In this document: in pieces, positions 9,342 through 18,788 of the stretch | How positions within the stretch are numbered: the first letter of the stretch is position 1 | Layout of the letters: every line of letters starts with the position of its first letter | Source of the DNA: an uncultured delta proteobacterium | GTDB lineage: Bacteria; Desulfobacterota; RBG-13-43-22 | Reading direction: 5' to 3' | Assembly (NCBI GenBank): GCA_963790475.1 | Contig: CAWBOS010000006.1 | Coordinates: 608,001 to 672,000, forward strand | DNA: 64,000 bases | Translations under genes and position numbers: made by a program | The notes under the pieces: model-generated | What the model was told of the DNA's origin: nothing | What the model saw: the letters and a program-made list of their open reading frames with translations, nothing else | Databases searched by the model: none

Positions 9342-9587
9342 ATGAAGTCCAAATTATCTTCCAAAGGTCAATTGATTATCCCTAAAGCCATCCGTCATTC
9401 TTTGGCCTTGAAGTCCGGTTCCCAATTCAATATCAAAGTGAGCAACCGGAAAATAATCCTTGAACCCCTTCAAAAGGACTCCCCCTTGGATTTCTTGTAT
9501 GGGAAATATGCCGGGGTCGATTTGCTTGGTCCTTTAGAGAAGGAACATCAAAAAGAGCTAGGAAATGAAAACAACCTTCGTTCTTGA
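9342..9587 (+). CDS. AbrB/MazE/SpoVT-family antitoxin
   Basis: SSKGQLIIPKAIR..L; overlaps the PIN toxin gene. Confidence 0.9.
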   Translation: MKSKLSSKGQLIIPKAIRHSLALKSGSQFNIKVSNRKIILEPLQKDSPLDFLYGKYAGVDLLGPLEKEHQKELGNENNLRS

Positions 9588-9984
9588 TGCCTGGGCCATT
9601 TTAGCCTTACTACAAAAGGAAGAGCCGGCTGCCTCCCGTGTGCTCCAGCTTCTCCAAGAAGCGAACAGGCAGGGGTTGAAGTTATATGTCTCGATTATCA
9701 ACCTGGGTGAGGTTTATTATCGAATAGGACGTGTTAAAGGGAAAAAAGAGGCCGACGAAACCTTAAAGAGCCTTTATCAATTACCCGTAACTATCCTTCC
9801 GGCAACGGATCAGATCGTGCTGGAAGCCGCCGCCTTAAAGATGCAATTGGCCATTTCCTATGCCGACGCCTTTGCCGCGGCCGAAACCCAACGACTTAAA
9901 GCCACCCTGGTAACCGGTGATCCGGAACTGGTCGGGTTAAAGGGAGTTATCCGGATTGAAAAATTAAAACGTAGGGGAAAATAG
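9565..9984 (+). CDS. vapC: VapC/PIN toxin
   Basis: VLDAWA, NLGEVYY, SYADAF, LVTGD. Confidence 0.9.
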   Translation: MKTTFVLDAWAILALLQKEEPAASRVLQLLQEANRQGLKLYVSIINLGEVYYRIGRVKGKKEADETLKSLYQLPVTILPATDQIVLEAAALKMQLAISYADAFAAAETQRLKATLVTGDPELVGLKGVIRIEKLKRRGK

Positions 9985-10214
9985 GAAAAACTGTTTTATA
10001 ATTGGATTTGAAAGCCCAACCGAGATCGACTTCAAAAAAGATATTTTCTTGCCGGGTGACCTTAAGGACGGTAGTTAACCTGAGGAATCAAACAAGACGG
10101 GAATGAGAAAATAGCAATGTAAAAGAATTGACCCCATGCCTACGTCAAGCCAGCGATCACTGAAATCCGAGAACAGCATACTTATTTCTTGAAATATTTA
10201 ATACATGATTCGGA

Positions 10215-11054
10215 TCAATTTTTTTCTTGGAGATAATCAAAGGCATTCTTGAAAATCTTCAGCCCCGCCCCTTCTTCCGTTTCCAACACCTTCCCTTGCC
10301 GTTCCCTCATTTCTTTATGCAAGGTCCAGTTGGGATGCTGGGTGAAGTGATGATAGGCTTCGGGATGAGGCATGAGGCCGAAAATGCGGCCCGTGGGGTC
10401 ACAAATTCCGGCGATATCTAATAACGAACCATTGGGGTTATCGGGAAAACGGCCTTCGGCCCTGTCCCCGGAAGGCAGGACATAGGAAAGGGCCACCTGG
10501 TAATTATCCTGCAGTTGAGTTAGCACCCTTTCCGGCGCATAGAATTTCCCTTCTCCATGTCGAATGGGCAATTCCAGGAATTCGATCCCCTGAGTAAAAA
10601 TGCAAGGGGATTCCGAATTACTCCTCATCTTCACCCAATCATTTCTAAAATTGCCGCAGTCATTGGCCAGCAGGGCCACTTCCCTCCGGTCATACCGGCC
10701 TCGAAAACCGGGCAAAAGCCCCATGTTGACCATGGCCTGAAACCCGTTACAGATCCCGATAATCAATTTCCCGGCAGCGATAAATTCTTCCAGGTCGGTC
10801 TTTAATTTGTACTTCAGACGCGTGGCCAGAAGGACCCCGGCCCCATGATCATCCCCCCAGCTAAAACCACCGTCAAAGGCCAGGAGGTGAAAATCTTTTA
10901 GTCTTTTGGAGGTCTGCCCTATCTCCGGGTTTATCAATTCACTGATGTGCACCCGATCGGCCTTAAAGCCGGCCAGGGTCAAGGCATATTGAGTTTCCAG
11001 GTCACAATTCAAACCATATCCGGTCAAAACCAGAGCACGGGGAATATTCATCAT
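10215..11054 (-). CDS. purQ: FGAM synthase glutaminase subunit
   Basis: GGFSWGD, GICNGFQ, HGEG, GLMPHPE. Confidence 0.95.
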   Translation of the reverse strand: MMNIPRALVLTGYGLNCDLETQYALTLAGFKADRVHISELINPEIGQTSKRLKDFHLLAFDGGFSWGDDHGAGVLLATRLKYKLKTDLEEFIAAGKLIIGICNGFQAMVNMGLLPGFRGRYDRREVALLANDCGNFRNDWVKMRSNSESPCIFTQGIEFLELPIRHGEGKFYAPERVLTQLQDNYQVALSYVLPSGDRAEGRFPDNPNGSLLDIAGICDPTGRIFGLMPHPEAYHHFTQHPNWTLHKEMRERQGKVLETEEGAGLKIFKNAFDYLQEKN

Positions 11055-14044
11055 ATCAGGCCTCCAAAGGTTTGATGAAAGGCCTCTCTCAAGGGTTTCA
11101 GTCGGCTTTTTATCAAAGTCTTCTTCCCGGTCTTAATAATCAAGCTTTGGTCTTTCCGAACTCGTCCGATATATTCCATTCGACATCCGGCCATGCTTTT
11201 TTCAATGGCCTTTTTCTTTTCAGGATCCACGGAGAGGATGATCCGGCCACAGGATTCAGAAAATAAGAGCTTGTCCGGCCGGAGGGGTAAGGCACCAGGG
11301 GCTTGGGCCAGGTCCACTTCCATACCCAAATCGCCGGCCAGGGCCATAAGGACCAGATGGATCCCCAGGCCTCCCCGATAGACCCCGTGAGCTGCAGAAA
11401 TCAGGCCTGCTTCGATAGCCCGTTGCAAGGCCGCATAATGGGTTTTTTCCGGGTCTCCTTTCAGCCGAGGGACGTTCAGTCCCACATGCCCAAAAAGATC
11501 ATAGTATTCCGACCCTCCTGCTTCATCCCTGGTTTCCCCAAGGACATAGAGCAGGTCCCCGGGAATTTTGATATCCATGGAGACGCACCCGCGGACATCG
11601 GGGACGATGCTGGTGGCCGTAAACTGAAAGGTCGGAAGCCCTGAAATCCGGTGGGCCTCTCCAAAGGGACCATTGATATAACCGTCCACATACATGCTGT
11701 CCTTTCCGGAGAGCAGGGGGATCCCGAATTTAAGACAGACATCCCTCAAGGCCCAATTGGCCCGCACCAGTTGTGCGGCCTTGTATTTTCCATCCGGATT
11801 TTCCTGTGGATCATATTGGATACTGGGCCAGCAGAAATTATCCACTCCTCCGATTTGCTCCAGGTCACTGCCCACTACCAACAACCTGCGGACCGTCTCA
11901 TCGATGGTAGCGGCCACCATGGCCTGAGTGTCGATCAGTCCATAGGTAGGCAGGATGGACTGGGTAAAAGCAATGCCCCGCAAGGAGGGCAGATGGGGCC
12001 TAATAACCACAGCATCGGCGGGGATATCGCGGTTTTTCCCGGCCAGCGGTTTAAGGACATTTCCTCCCTGGACCTCGTGATCGTATTGACGGTTAATCCA
12101 GTTCTTGGAGGCGATGTTTGGTCTGGTCAGCATGGTTTTTAACAGCCCGAGATAATCTTCCGGTTCTTTAATGACCGGTTCGATCATGCCCCTGGCCTCG
12201 GGCTCCTGCCACTCGGCCTCAAAAGTCCATTTAGGAAAATCGGATTGCAGAAAATTCAAATCCACATAAGCACACGTTTGTCCATGATAAAGCAGGTGGA
12301 CCTTGCCTGAATCCGTATAGTTACCAAGGTTCGCACATTCCACATTGTGTTTTCGAGCCAATTCCTGAAATCGATCCCAATGTTCAGGCTTCAGTCCCAC
12401 GGTCATCCGTTCTTGGGATTCGGAAACCCAAATCTCCCATTGATCCAGACCTTCATACTTCAAGGGTACCCGATCCAGGTGAACCTCACAACCGTTGCTG
12501 AAACGGGATGATTCCCCGATCGATGAAGAAAGCCCTCCACCACCGTTATCGGTAATATAAGCCATAATCCCTTCATCCCGGGCTTCAAGAAGAAAGTCGT
12601 GCATCTTTTTCTGGGTGTAGGGGTCACCGATCTGAACATGACCGGCCGGGGTATTGGCACTGTAGACTTCGGAAGAGGCGGTAACCCCATGGATCCCGTC
12701 CTTTCCCACCCGGCCTCCACACATGATAATCAGGTCTCCCGGTTCGGTACGTTTTAATTCTATCGGTTCTCCTTTGATCCGGGCCGGCATGAATCCCAGG
12801 GCGGCCACAAAGACCAGACATTTCCCGATATAGTTAGGGTGAAAAAAGACCTGGCCGAAGGGTGTCGGGATCCCGCTCTTGTTGCCGCCGTCCCGCACCC
12901 CCTCGATGATCCCGTCCAGCAGGCGACGGGGGTGGAGTTTGGGTTTAAGAGGGCCGGCATAGTCCCTGGGCCCGACACAATATCCGTAACTGCCCATCCA
13001 AAGTCTGGACCCCTTGCCGGTGCCCATAGGATCCCGATAGACCCCGACGATCCCGGTTATCGCTCCGCCGTAAGGTTCCATGTTGGAAGGGCTGTTATGG
13101 GTCTCGGCCGTAATACAATAATAATGATTTTCATCAAAGCGGGCCACACCGGCATTATCCCAGAGGACCGAGATCACCCAGTCCTTCTCCCGCTGTATCT
13201 TCAGCGTAGGGGCTTCGATACAGGTTTTAAAAAGATTGTCGATCTCTTGCCGGTCGCCGGTTGAGAGATCCAGATAATGGAATAATCCCCTGAAGGTATT
13301 ATGATTGCAATGGTCGCTGCGGGCCTGGGATACATACTCCAATTCCACGTCAGTGGGCAGGGTCAGCCCAACGGATTTTCTTGCTTCAAGGATTTCAGCT
13401 TTCTGGAAATAGGCCTGAATAACGGCCATATCCCCTTTCGGTAAGGACCAGGACCTTTCCCGGTTAAGCCGGGAAAATTCTTCCAGTGAATCAATGGGTA
13501 TGACAGATACTGTCGGTTGATGATATAATTGCACTTTTGGGATGGGAGTCCCTATCCCTGAGGTCCCATCCCATTCCGATTTGGAAAAAACTTTCCATTG
13601 TTGAATCAGGTCATTGGCCAAAAGTTCCCGGGCAATTTTTTCCAGGGCCTCTTTTCTTATTCGCGGGGCCTTGATCTGATATTGCCTGGAAGTGTAAACG
13701 GCCTCACCCGGCGGAAGCTTTATCTCCAGGAAGGCTTCTATAGCCTCGACGGCCGTGCTCCCGGCGTTATCCTTCACGCCGGGCAGAAAACCCACCCAGA
13801 TAAGCCAGTCGAAATCAAGGGCCAGGGGCTGGAACGAAGAAATCTGGGTCACCGGGTTGGTAAAGATTTCATTCCGGATGGCCTCCAGTTGTTCCCGGGG
13901 TAAGGTCGTATCAAAAGTCAGGACTTGGATGGTCCGAACCTCTTGCACTTTAATCCCCAGATATTCCCGGGCCTTCTTTTTGAGCGTTTCTCCCTCGGGG
14001 TCCCTTATCTCGGATTTAAGCATAATCTCTAATCGTTGGGGCAT
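11051..14044 (-). CDS. purL: FGAM synthase PurL with N-terminal PurS-like region
   Basis: SDHCNH, ETHNSPS, DNGGGG, SESQERM, QYDHEVQ, SGKDS; 997 aa. Confidence 0.95.
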   Translation of the reverse strand: MPQRLEIMLKSEIRDPEGETLKKKAREYLGIKVQEVRTIQVLTFDTTLPREQLEAIRNEIFTNPVTQISSFQPLALDFDWLIWVGFLPGVKDNAGSTAVEAIEAFLEIKLPPGEAVYTSRQYQIKAPRIRKEALEKIARELLANDLIQQWKVFSKSEWDGTSGIGTPIPKVQLYHQPTVSVIPIDSLEEFSRLNRERSWSLPKGDMAVIQAYFQKAEILEARKSVGLTLPTDVELEYVSQARSDHCNHNTFRGLFHYLDLSTGDRQEIDNLFKTCIEAPTLKIQREKDWVISVLWDNAGVARFDENHYYCITAETHNSPSNMEPYGGAITGIVGVYRDPMGTGKGSRLWMGSYGYCVGPRDYAGPLKPKLHPRRLLDGIIEGVRDGGNKSGIPTPFGQVFFHPNYIGKCLVFVAALGFMPARIKGEPIELKRTEPGDLIIMCGGRVGKDGIHGVTASSEVYSANTPAGHVQIGDPYTQKKMHDFLLEARDEGIMAYITDNGGGGLSSSIGESSRFSNGCEVHLDRVPLKYEGLDQWEIWVSESQERMTVGLKPEHWDRFQELARKHNVECANLGNYTDSGKVHLLYHGQTCAYVDLNFLQSDFPKWTFEAEWQEPEARGMIEPVIKEPEDYLGLLKTMLTRPNIASKNWINRQYDHEVQGGNVLKPLAGKNRDIPADAVVIRPHLPSLRGIAFTQSILPTYGLIDTQAMVAATIDETVRRLLVVGSDLEQIGGVDNFCWPSIQYDPQENPDGKYKAAQLVRANWALRDVCLKFGIPLLSGKDSMYVDGYINGPFGEAHRISGLPTFQFTATSIVPDVRGCVSMDIKIPGDLLYVLGETRDEAGGSEYYDLFGHVGLNVPRLKGDPEKTHYAALQRAIEAGLISAAHGVYRGGLGIHLVLMALAGDLGMEVDLAQAPGALPLRPDKLLFSESCGRIILSVDPEKKKAIEKSMAGCRMEYIGRVRKDQSLIIKTGKKTLIKSRLKPLREAFHQTFGGLI

Positions 14045-14118
14045 GAGTTTTCCTATCTTTGGCGGCGGTCTTTAATACGAAAATAACCCTGGAATAGCTC
14101 CAGGCTCATTTGATCTCC

Positions 14119-14196
14119 GTCATGCCGGACATGATTCGGCATCCAGGGGTTTTCGGGCTTTCTTTTAACCTGGATCCCGGCTTTCGCCGGAATGAC
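14119..14196. repeat. REP/RPE-like double palindrome
   Basis: GTCATGCCGGACATGATTCGGCATCCAGG ... CCTGGATCCCGGCTTTCGCCGGAATGAC; related copy at 60138. Confidence 0.8.
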
Positions 14197-14323
14197 ACCC
14201 TATTGCACGTTTGAGCAACATTTTCATGATTCGTGGCGTCCCCAAAGGGAGGGCATGAGGTTAAGTCTAACATGATCAAAAAATAATAAAAGGGGAACCC
14301 ATTTGTCAAATTAATAATTTTTA

Positions 14324-15274
14324 TTATACATGATTACGCAACTTCAGCTCGAGGGGATGAGGTTCCAGATACCACTGGTCTTTTAAATAAGGTTGATCGT
14401 ATTGACGCACATAATGACGGAGAAGAGTCACCGGCACGATAAGTGGGATCAGCCTCTGTTTAAAGTGATCGATAACTTCGAGCAATTCCTGCTTTTCATC
14501 CGCGGATAGATCTTTTTTAAAGAAACCCATCATATGCGTGAGCACATCAGTATGTTTTTTGAGGGTAGTTTTGATGCGCAGTGCTTCCAAGAACAGGGCC
14601 TGATAGGCAGTAAATCTTTCCTTTAAAGACAAATCATCCGAACAGGCGACCAATTGCCCCATTTGTTGGTAATGTTTTCGGCTATGGGATAAAATTAAAA
14701 ATTTATGGTTGGTATGGAAATTAATAAGGGAATTCAAACCGGATTTTTGAGTCGCAACCTCCCGCCAGCGTTTTAAGGCAAAAATCCGTTCGATAAAATT
14801 TTCCCGCTGCCGGGGATCATGAAGGCGTCTCTCCTCTTCCGCCGGTATTAACGGGAACCGGGCCATAAATTCCCGGGCAAAGATCCCTACCCCTGTTTTG
14901 ACCGGTTCCCCTTTATCTTTATAAACCTTCACGCCTTCCATGCCGCTGCTGGGAGAGCCGCTTTTAAAGATAAACCCGCAAAGCCCTTCCTTTTCCAATT
15001 CGGCGATCCGCCTTCCGGCCCAGTTCTTCATCCTTTTGGTAATATCTGTTTTAGTGCGGATCGTCACTAAACGGGGGTCAGCCGGATTTCCCTCAAGACG
15101 CAGGGCCTCCCGGGGAACCCCCAGGCCGCATTCCACCTCCGGACAGACCGGGAAAAACTCGACATAATTACCCAAGGTGTCAGTAATAAAGCGGTCCCAC
15201 TTGTGGCCTCCGTCATAGCGCACGTTTTCCCCTAACAGGCAGCGGCTGATTCCGATTTTTATTTTGTCTTCCAT
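14324..15274 (-). CDS. DUF523/DUF1722 (YbgA-like, thiouracil desulfidase-like) protein
   Basis: IGISRCLLGENVRYDGGH, CPEVECGLGVPRE, SPSSG, FH..HK, LKLRNHV; start at MEDKIK. Confidence 0.92.
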   Translation of the reverse strand: MEDKIKIGISRCLLGENVRYDGGHKWDRFITDTLGNYVEFFPVCPEVECGLGVPREALRLEGNPADPRLVTIRTKTDITKRMKNWAGRRIAELEKEGLCGFIFKSGSPSSGMEGVKVYKDKGEPVKTGVGIFAREFMARFPLIPAEEERRLHDPRQRENFIERIFALKRWREVATQKSGLNSLINFHTNHKFLILSHSRKHYQQMGQLVACSDDLSLKERFTAYQALFLEALRIKTTLKKHTDVLTHMMGFFKKDLSADEKQELLEVIDHFKQRLIPLIVPVTLLRHYVRQYDQPYLKDQWYLEPHPLELKLRNHV

Positions 15275-15349
15275 TGGAGAAAGCCCGGTAAGGAACATAA
15301 CATTTGTAGTTGAATTCTTATACTTTGCTGTAAGAGGAGTTGTCGCCTG

Positions 15350-15463
15350 GGCAGGCCAGAGGGCCCAATTATCTTGACATCGCCGGTCCCGGCTCATCCA
15401 ATAGATTAGCGGGCCATCCCCCAGGGGGCCTTTTTAAAAAAACATACCCGCTCCGGATGCCAT
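15350..15463 (-). pseudogene. N-terminal remnant of a class II CPD photolyase
   Basis: GPLIYWMSRDRRCQDNWAL matches the class II motif YWMSRDQR..DNWAL; frameshifted and truncated. Confidence 0.7.
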
Positions 15464-15469
15464 AAAAAA

Positions 15470-16996
15470 TTACCTCCTCTGCCATCGGCCTTCTCTTTGT
15501 CTGCTTATCAGTTCAGGACCCTTCAGAATAGGTTTTCCGATTGTCCTGCTGATGGCCTTCAAGAGATTAGGATAGAGCAGGCAATGGATGGGTTCCAGCG
15601 CGTACCAGTATAGGATGCCGGCCAATCCCCGGGGGAGAAAGCGGGACTTTTGTTCCAGCTCGCTGGTCCCATCCGGAAGGGGTTTTATTTTGAATTCCAG
15701 AAGGGCTTCGCCGGGGAGCTTCATTTCACCTACCAACATGAGGTGATAGGGGGGAGTGATTTCCAGTACGCGCCAAAAATCCAGGACATCCCCGGATCGC
15801 AATTCGGTAGGATGGCGCCTGCCTCCTCTGAATCCGGTGCCCCCGATGAGGCGGTCAAACCAGCCTTTGATTTTCCAGAGGCTTTGGCCGAAATACCAAC
15901 CGGTTCTTCCGCCTAACTGCACGATGGGTTTCCATATTTCCTCCGGGGTAGCCTGCAACTTGATTCGGTAACCCAATTCCAGGATGGTTCCTCCGGCATA
16001 GTGGGTATCTCCGCAATAAATCCACTCCTGGGGAATGTTGGCGCTGGCATCCATCCAACAGGTGTCTAACCGTTCCTGCTCAATCTTTTCCATTGCCAAT
16101 CGAATGGTTTGGCGGCAATCCAACAAATCCTGGGGTATAATATCCCGGATGCGGTTATCATGGCAGATCACCGGGTTGCTCAGGCCTTCGGCTAAAGGGC
16201 GGGCAATGGAAGAGGGAACCGGGGTAATAAGGTGGATCCAGTAAGAACTGAAACGGGGGCTTAGGAAAGGGAGCGGGATAATCCATCGCCTGGGGAGCCT
16301 GGCTTCTTCGGCATAGATTTTAAAAAGCTTTCGATAGGAAACGACCTCGGGACCGCCGATATCAAAAATTTGTCCTAAAACCTCATCATGTTCCAGGCAG
16401 CCCTGCAAATAGGTAAGGACATTCCGAATGCCTATGGGTTGGACGGGGGTATCCACCCACCGGGGGGCCAGCAGAATGGGCAGACGATCAGCCAGATAAC
16501 GGAGGATTTCGAAAGAAGCACTCCCGGCGCCAAGGATCATGGCCGCCCGTAAAAAAGTGGTCGGGACAGAGCCGGATTGTAATATCCGGGCCACCTCCTG
16601 CCGGGAACGCAGGTGTTTGCTGAGGTGCTGATCGTCCTGGCCGCCCAAACCACCCAAATAGATGATTCTGTTTAACCCGGCTTTGGCTGCGGCCTCGGCC
16701 ATGTTCCGGGCCCCCTGACGGTCCGTTTCCGTATATCCCTTGGGATCGGCAACCATGGAGTGGACCAGATAAAAAGCGGCCCAACACCCATCAAGGGCTT
16801 TAAAAAGAGATTCTTTATCCAGGACATTACCGGCAGCCAGTTCAACAGCAGGGTGGGAGCTCCAGGGACGCCCTTTTAATTTGGCCACTGAACGTCCCAG
16901 GGCACGCACCCGATAACCGGCGTTTAAGAGCTTGGGAACCAGTCTTCCCCCCACATATCCAGTTGCCCCGGTTACCAGAATGGGTTTTGTCGTCAT
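15470..16996 (-). CDS. NAD(P)-binding SDR with DUF2867 (YbjT-like)
   Basis: VTGATGYVGG, YLVHSM, SKHLRSR, GSASFE, EMKLPGEA, PRGLAG.LYWY. Confidence 0.92.
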   Translation of the reverse strand: MTTKPILVTGATGYVGGRLVPKLLNAGYRVRALGRSVAKLKGRPWSSHPAVELAAGNVLDKESLFKALDGCWAAFYLVHSMVADPKGYTETDRQGARNMAEAAAKAGLNRIIYLGGLGGQDDQHLSKHLRSRQEVARILQSGSVPTTFLRAAMILGAGSASFEILRYLADRLPILLAPRWVDTPVQPIGIRNVLTYLQGCLEHDEVLGQIFDIGGPEVVSYRKLFKIYAEEARLPRRWIIPLPFLSPRFSSYWIHLITPVPSSIARPLAEGLSNPVICHDNRIRDIIPQDLLDCRQTIRLAMEKIEQERLDTCWMDASANIPQEWIYCGDTHYAGGTILELGYRIKLQATPEEIWKPIVQLGGRTGWYFGQSLWKIKGWFDRLIGGTGFRGGRRHPTELRSGDVLDFWRVLEITPPYHLMLVGEMKLPGEALLEFKIKPLPDGTSELEQKSRFLPRGLAGILYWYALEPIHCLLYPNLLKAISRTIGKPILKGPELISRQREGRWQRR

Positions 16997-17100
16997 CAAA
17001 TTCCTTGCCAGTGGTTAAGAACCCACATCAAGACAGAAGCAAAACTGACCCAGGCCAGGTAGGGAAAAGGCAATATTCCCGCCCATAAGCGGATTGGATA
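16996..17100 (-). pseudogene. C-terminal remnant of TspO/MBR
   Basis: WAGILPFPYLAWVSFASVLMWVLN (TspO PYLAWVSFA motif); its stop overlaps the next ATG. Confidence 0.75.
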
Positions 17101-17172
17101 TATGAAAACCAAAAGAAGCATGAAATTTCATGATCAGCTATTACTTTTTTAAGTAATTATAACACAATCCCC

Positions 17173-17463
17173 TTACTCCTCAACAATACTTTCTCTGAGG
17201 GCCTGGAGGGAAAAGATTGGAACGGGCATACAGATCTCTTTTTCAGGATAATACATACAGCGATAGGAGATTCCTTGGTTACCCTGCCTGGCCATGACCT
17301 CCCACCCCCGTGTTAGATAAGGGCAGGCATCATTAAAACAGATATACATAAACTCATTTTCCCATTCAGTGAAAGGACCCTGGGGGACCTCCCATTTTTT
17401 CATTTTTTCCCCACAATAGGGACATTCCAAGGTGTTTTTTATGTTTTTTATTTTCTCTTTCAT
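17173..17463 (-). CDS. Small Cys-rich zinc-finger-like protein
   Basis: CPYCG..W..P..W...YICFNDACPY..RGW; GAGG RBS upstream. Confidence 0.8.
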   Translation of the reverse strand: MKEKIKNIKNTLECPYCGEKMKKWEVPQGPFTEWENEFMYICFNDACPYLTRGWEVMARQGNQGISYRCMYYPEKEICMPVPIFSLQALRESIVEE

Positions 17464-17490
17464 TTCTTTTTCCTCTTCTTTACTTTTTTT

Positions 17491-17677
17491 GACCATGATC
17501 AACCTTTTGGCTGGTTTTGGGGGGCATTCCTTCCGTTTGTTTTTCGGCGTACAGAGCATAAACAGGATCCCCTGGAATTCCCCACCGAAATACATGTTCG
17601 ACGCCTTGGGTAAACTGTCCTTGGAGACCGATACCTGGGGTGGGCGGAAATGCCCTCAGCCGTTTGAAGTAATCTCT
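17491..17677. repeat. ~180-bp direct repeat, copy 1
   Basis: Shares GACCATGATCAACCTTTTGG, GGGGGCATTCCTTCCGTTTGTTTTTCGGCGT, ATACCTGGGGTGGG and GTTTGAAGTAATCTCT with copy 2. Confidence 0.95.
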
Positions 17678-18090
17678 CGAATGCAGTATTGAGGCTACCG
17701 GCAGCTGTGCAGTCTGACTGGGATCAGCGGAATACATTGGAACGAGCTGTTATCAGGGGATTGTCCCGGAAAGAGCATCGAAACATACCGTCCATGGGGT
17801 GGATGAAAAGATGCCCGGTTGACTTCTTGAAAGACCTCTACGGGTATAGACCAGATAATCGACCGAAACGGTATTCGGAACAGGTATCGAAAGCTATTAT
17901 CAGCAGATGAGGCATATGCGTATTATGTTTCAGGTATGGTATTTTGGGCAACATTCACGGTTAAATATATTTTCATTGTGGTGGATTGAATTTATTTCCC
18001 CTACAGCCAACATTGTCCAACATTAAGATTCAAACCTAATACATATTGGGGATACCCATGAAAATGCCGGATGCGGCACTTTAAGTTTTA

Positions 18091-18263
18091 GACCATGATC
18101 AACCTTTTGGCCTGTATTTGGGGGCATTCCTTCCGTTTGTTTTTCGGCGTCAGGGCATAACAGGAATCGCCCTGGCTGACAAGACGATCCCTTGGTCGTA
18201 AACCCCCTTTGGAGACCCATACCTGGGGTGGGTGGAACCCTCCGGCAGTTTGAAGTAATCTCT
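18091..18263. repeat. ~180-bp direct repeat, copy 2
   Basis: Starts 600 bp after copy 1; divergent middle with indels. Confidence 0.95.
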
Positions 18264-18347
18264 TACCAAGATGGTTCTTCGGAACACCTGCTCCTAACTT
18301 GTTTTCTTAAACTGGTTTCCATTATTATCCTTCGTTACTAACTCCTT

Positions 18348-18385
18348 AAAAAAAACCGGGCATACTTCTTCGGAAGTAAACCCGG
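18348..18385 (-). terminator. Intrinsic terminator in a 5' leader
   Basis: Minus strand CCGGGTTTACTTC-CGAA-GAAGTATGCCCGG-T8, then AAGGAG. Confidence 0.8.
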
Positions 18386-18431
18386 CTCTTGGCCCTAGAT
18401 GATGGGCGGGTTAACAAAGATTTTTTATATA

Positions 18432-18459
18432 AATATAAGTCGTGATTCGATTTTGTCAA
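18432..18459 (-). promoter_or_regulatory. Sigma70 promoter
   Basis: Minus strand TTGACA-N16-TATATT. Confidence 0.6.
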
Positions 18460-18788
18460 CCAACCCGGAAAAAGAGGGATATCGGGAAAAGAGGCAAATA
18501 TAGTTGAATATTATTAGAAAATTTCATAAGATGGCCATAAATTATCATAAAAAAGGGAAAACATCCCGAGCTGGAATCCTTTGCCAGATCTCGGGAAAGT
18601 GCTTTACTTAAAATAACCATTGAAAAATTTGTCGTCATCAGTCAATTCCAGGAAGTAGAAGACCTTCAAATGTCTCAGGATTTTATAGAAAAGTTTACAG
18701 AAAGAAAAAAAATTGGTATCTTAAATTTTCCTGAAACAGGTTTAAAGAACCTTATCGTAAAAAAAGAGTAAAGAAGAGCGAAAACAAA

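Noticed and set aside
9192-10136. TGGGGTC...GACCCCA inverted repeat around abrB-vapC
   Set aside because: Only 7 bp, with no target duplication or transposase; could be chance.
14106-14309. 67-aa ORF upstream of purL
   Set aside because: Largely a translation of the REP-like palindrome.
14324-15397. Extended N-terminus of the DUF523 ORF from 15397
   Set aside because: The extension is the photolyase remnant; family homology starts at 15274.
17173-17595. 140-aa version of the zinc-finger ORF
   Set aside because: The extra part lies inside the duplicated element; an RBS supports the start at 17463.
17491-18263. CRISPR, 6S RNA or known riboswitch reading of the duplicated element
   Set aside because: Only two long copies, no cas genes, no usual 6S gene context, and no recognisable riboswitch consensus.
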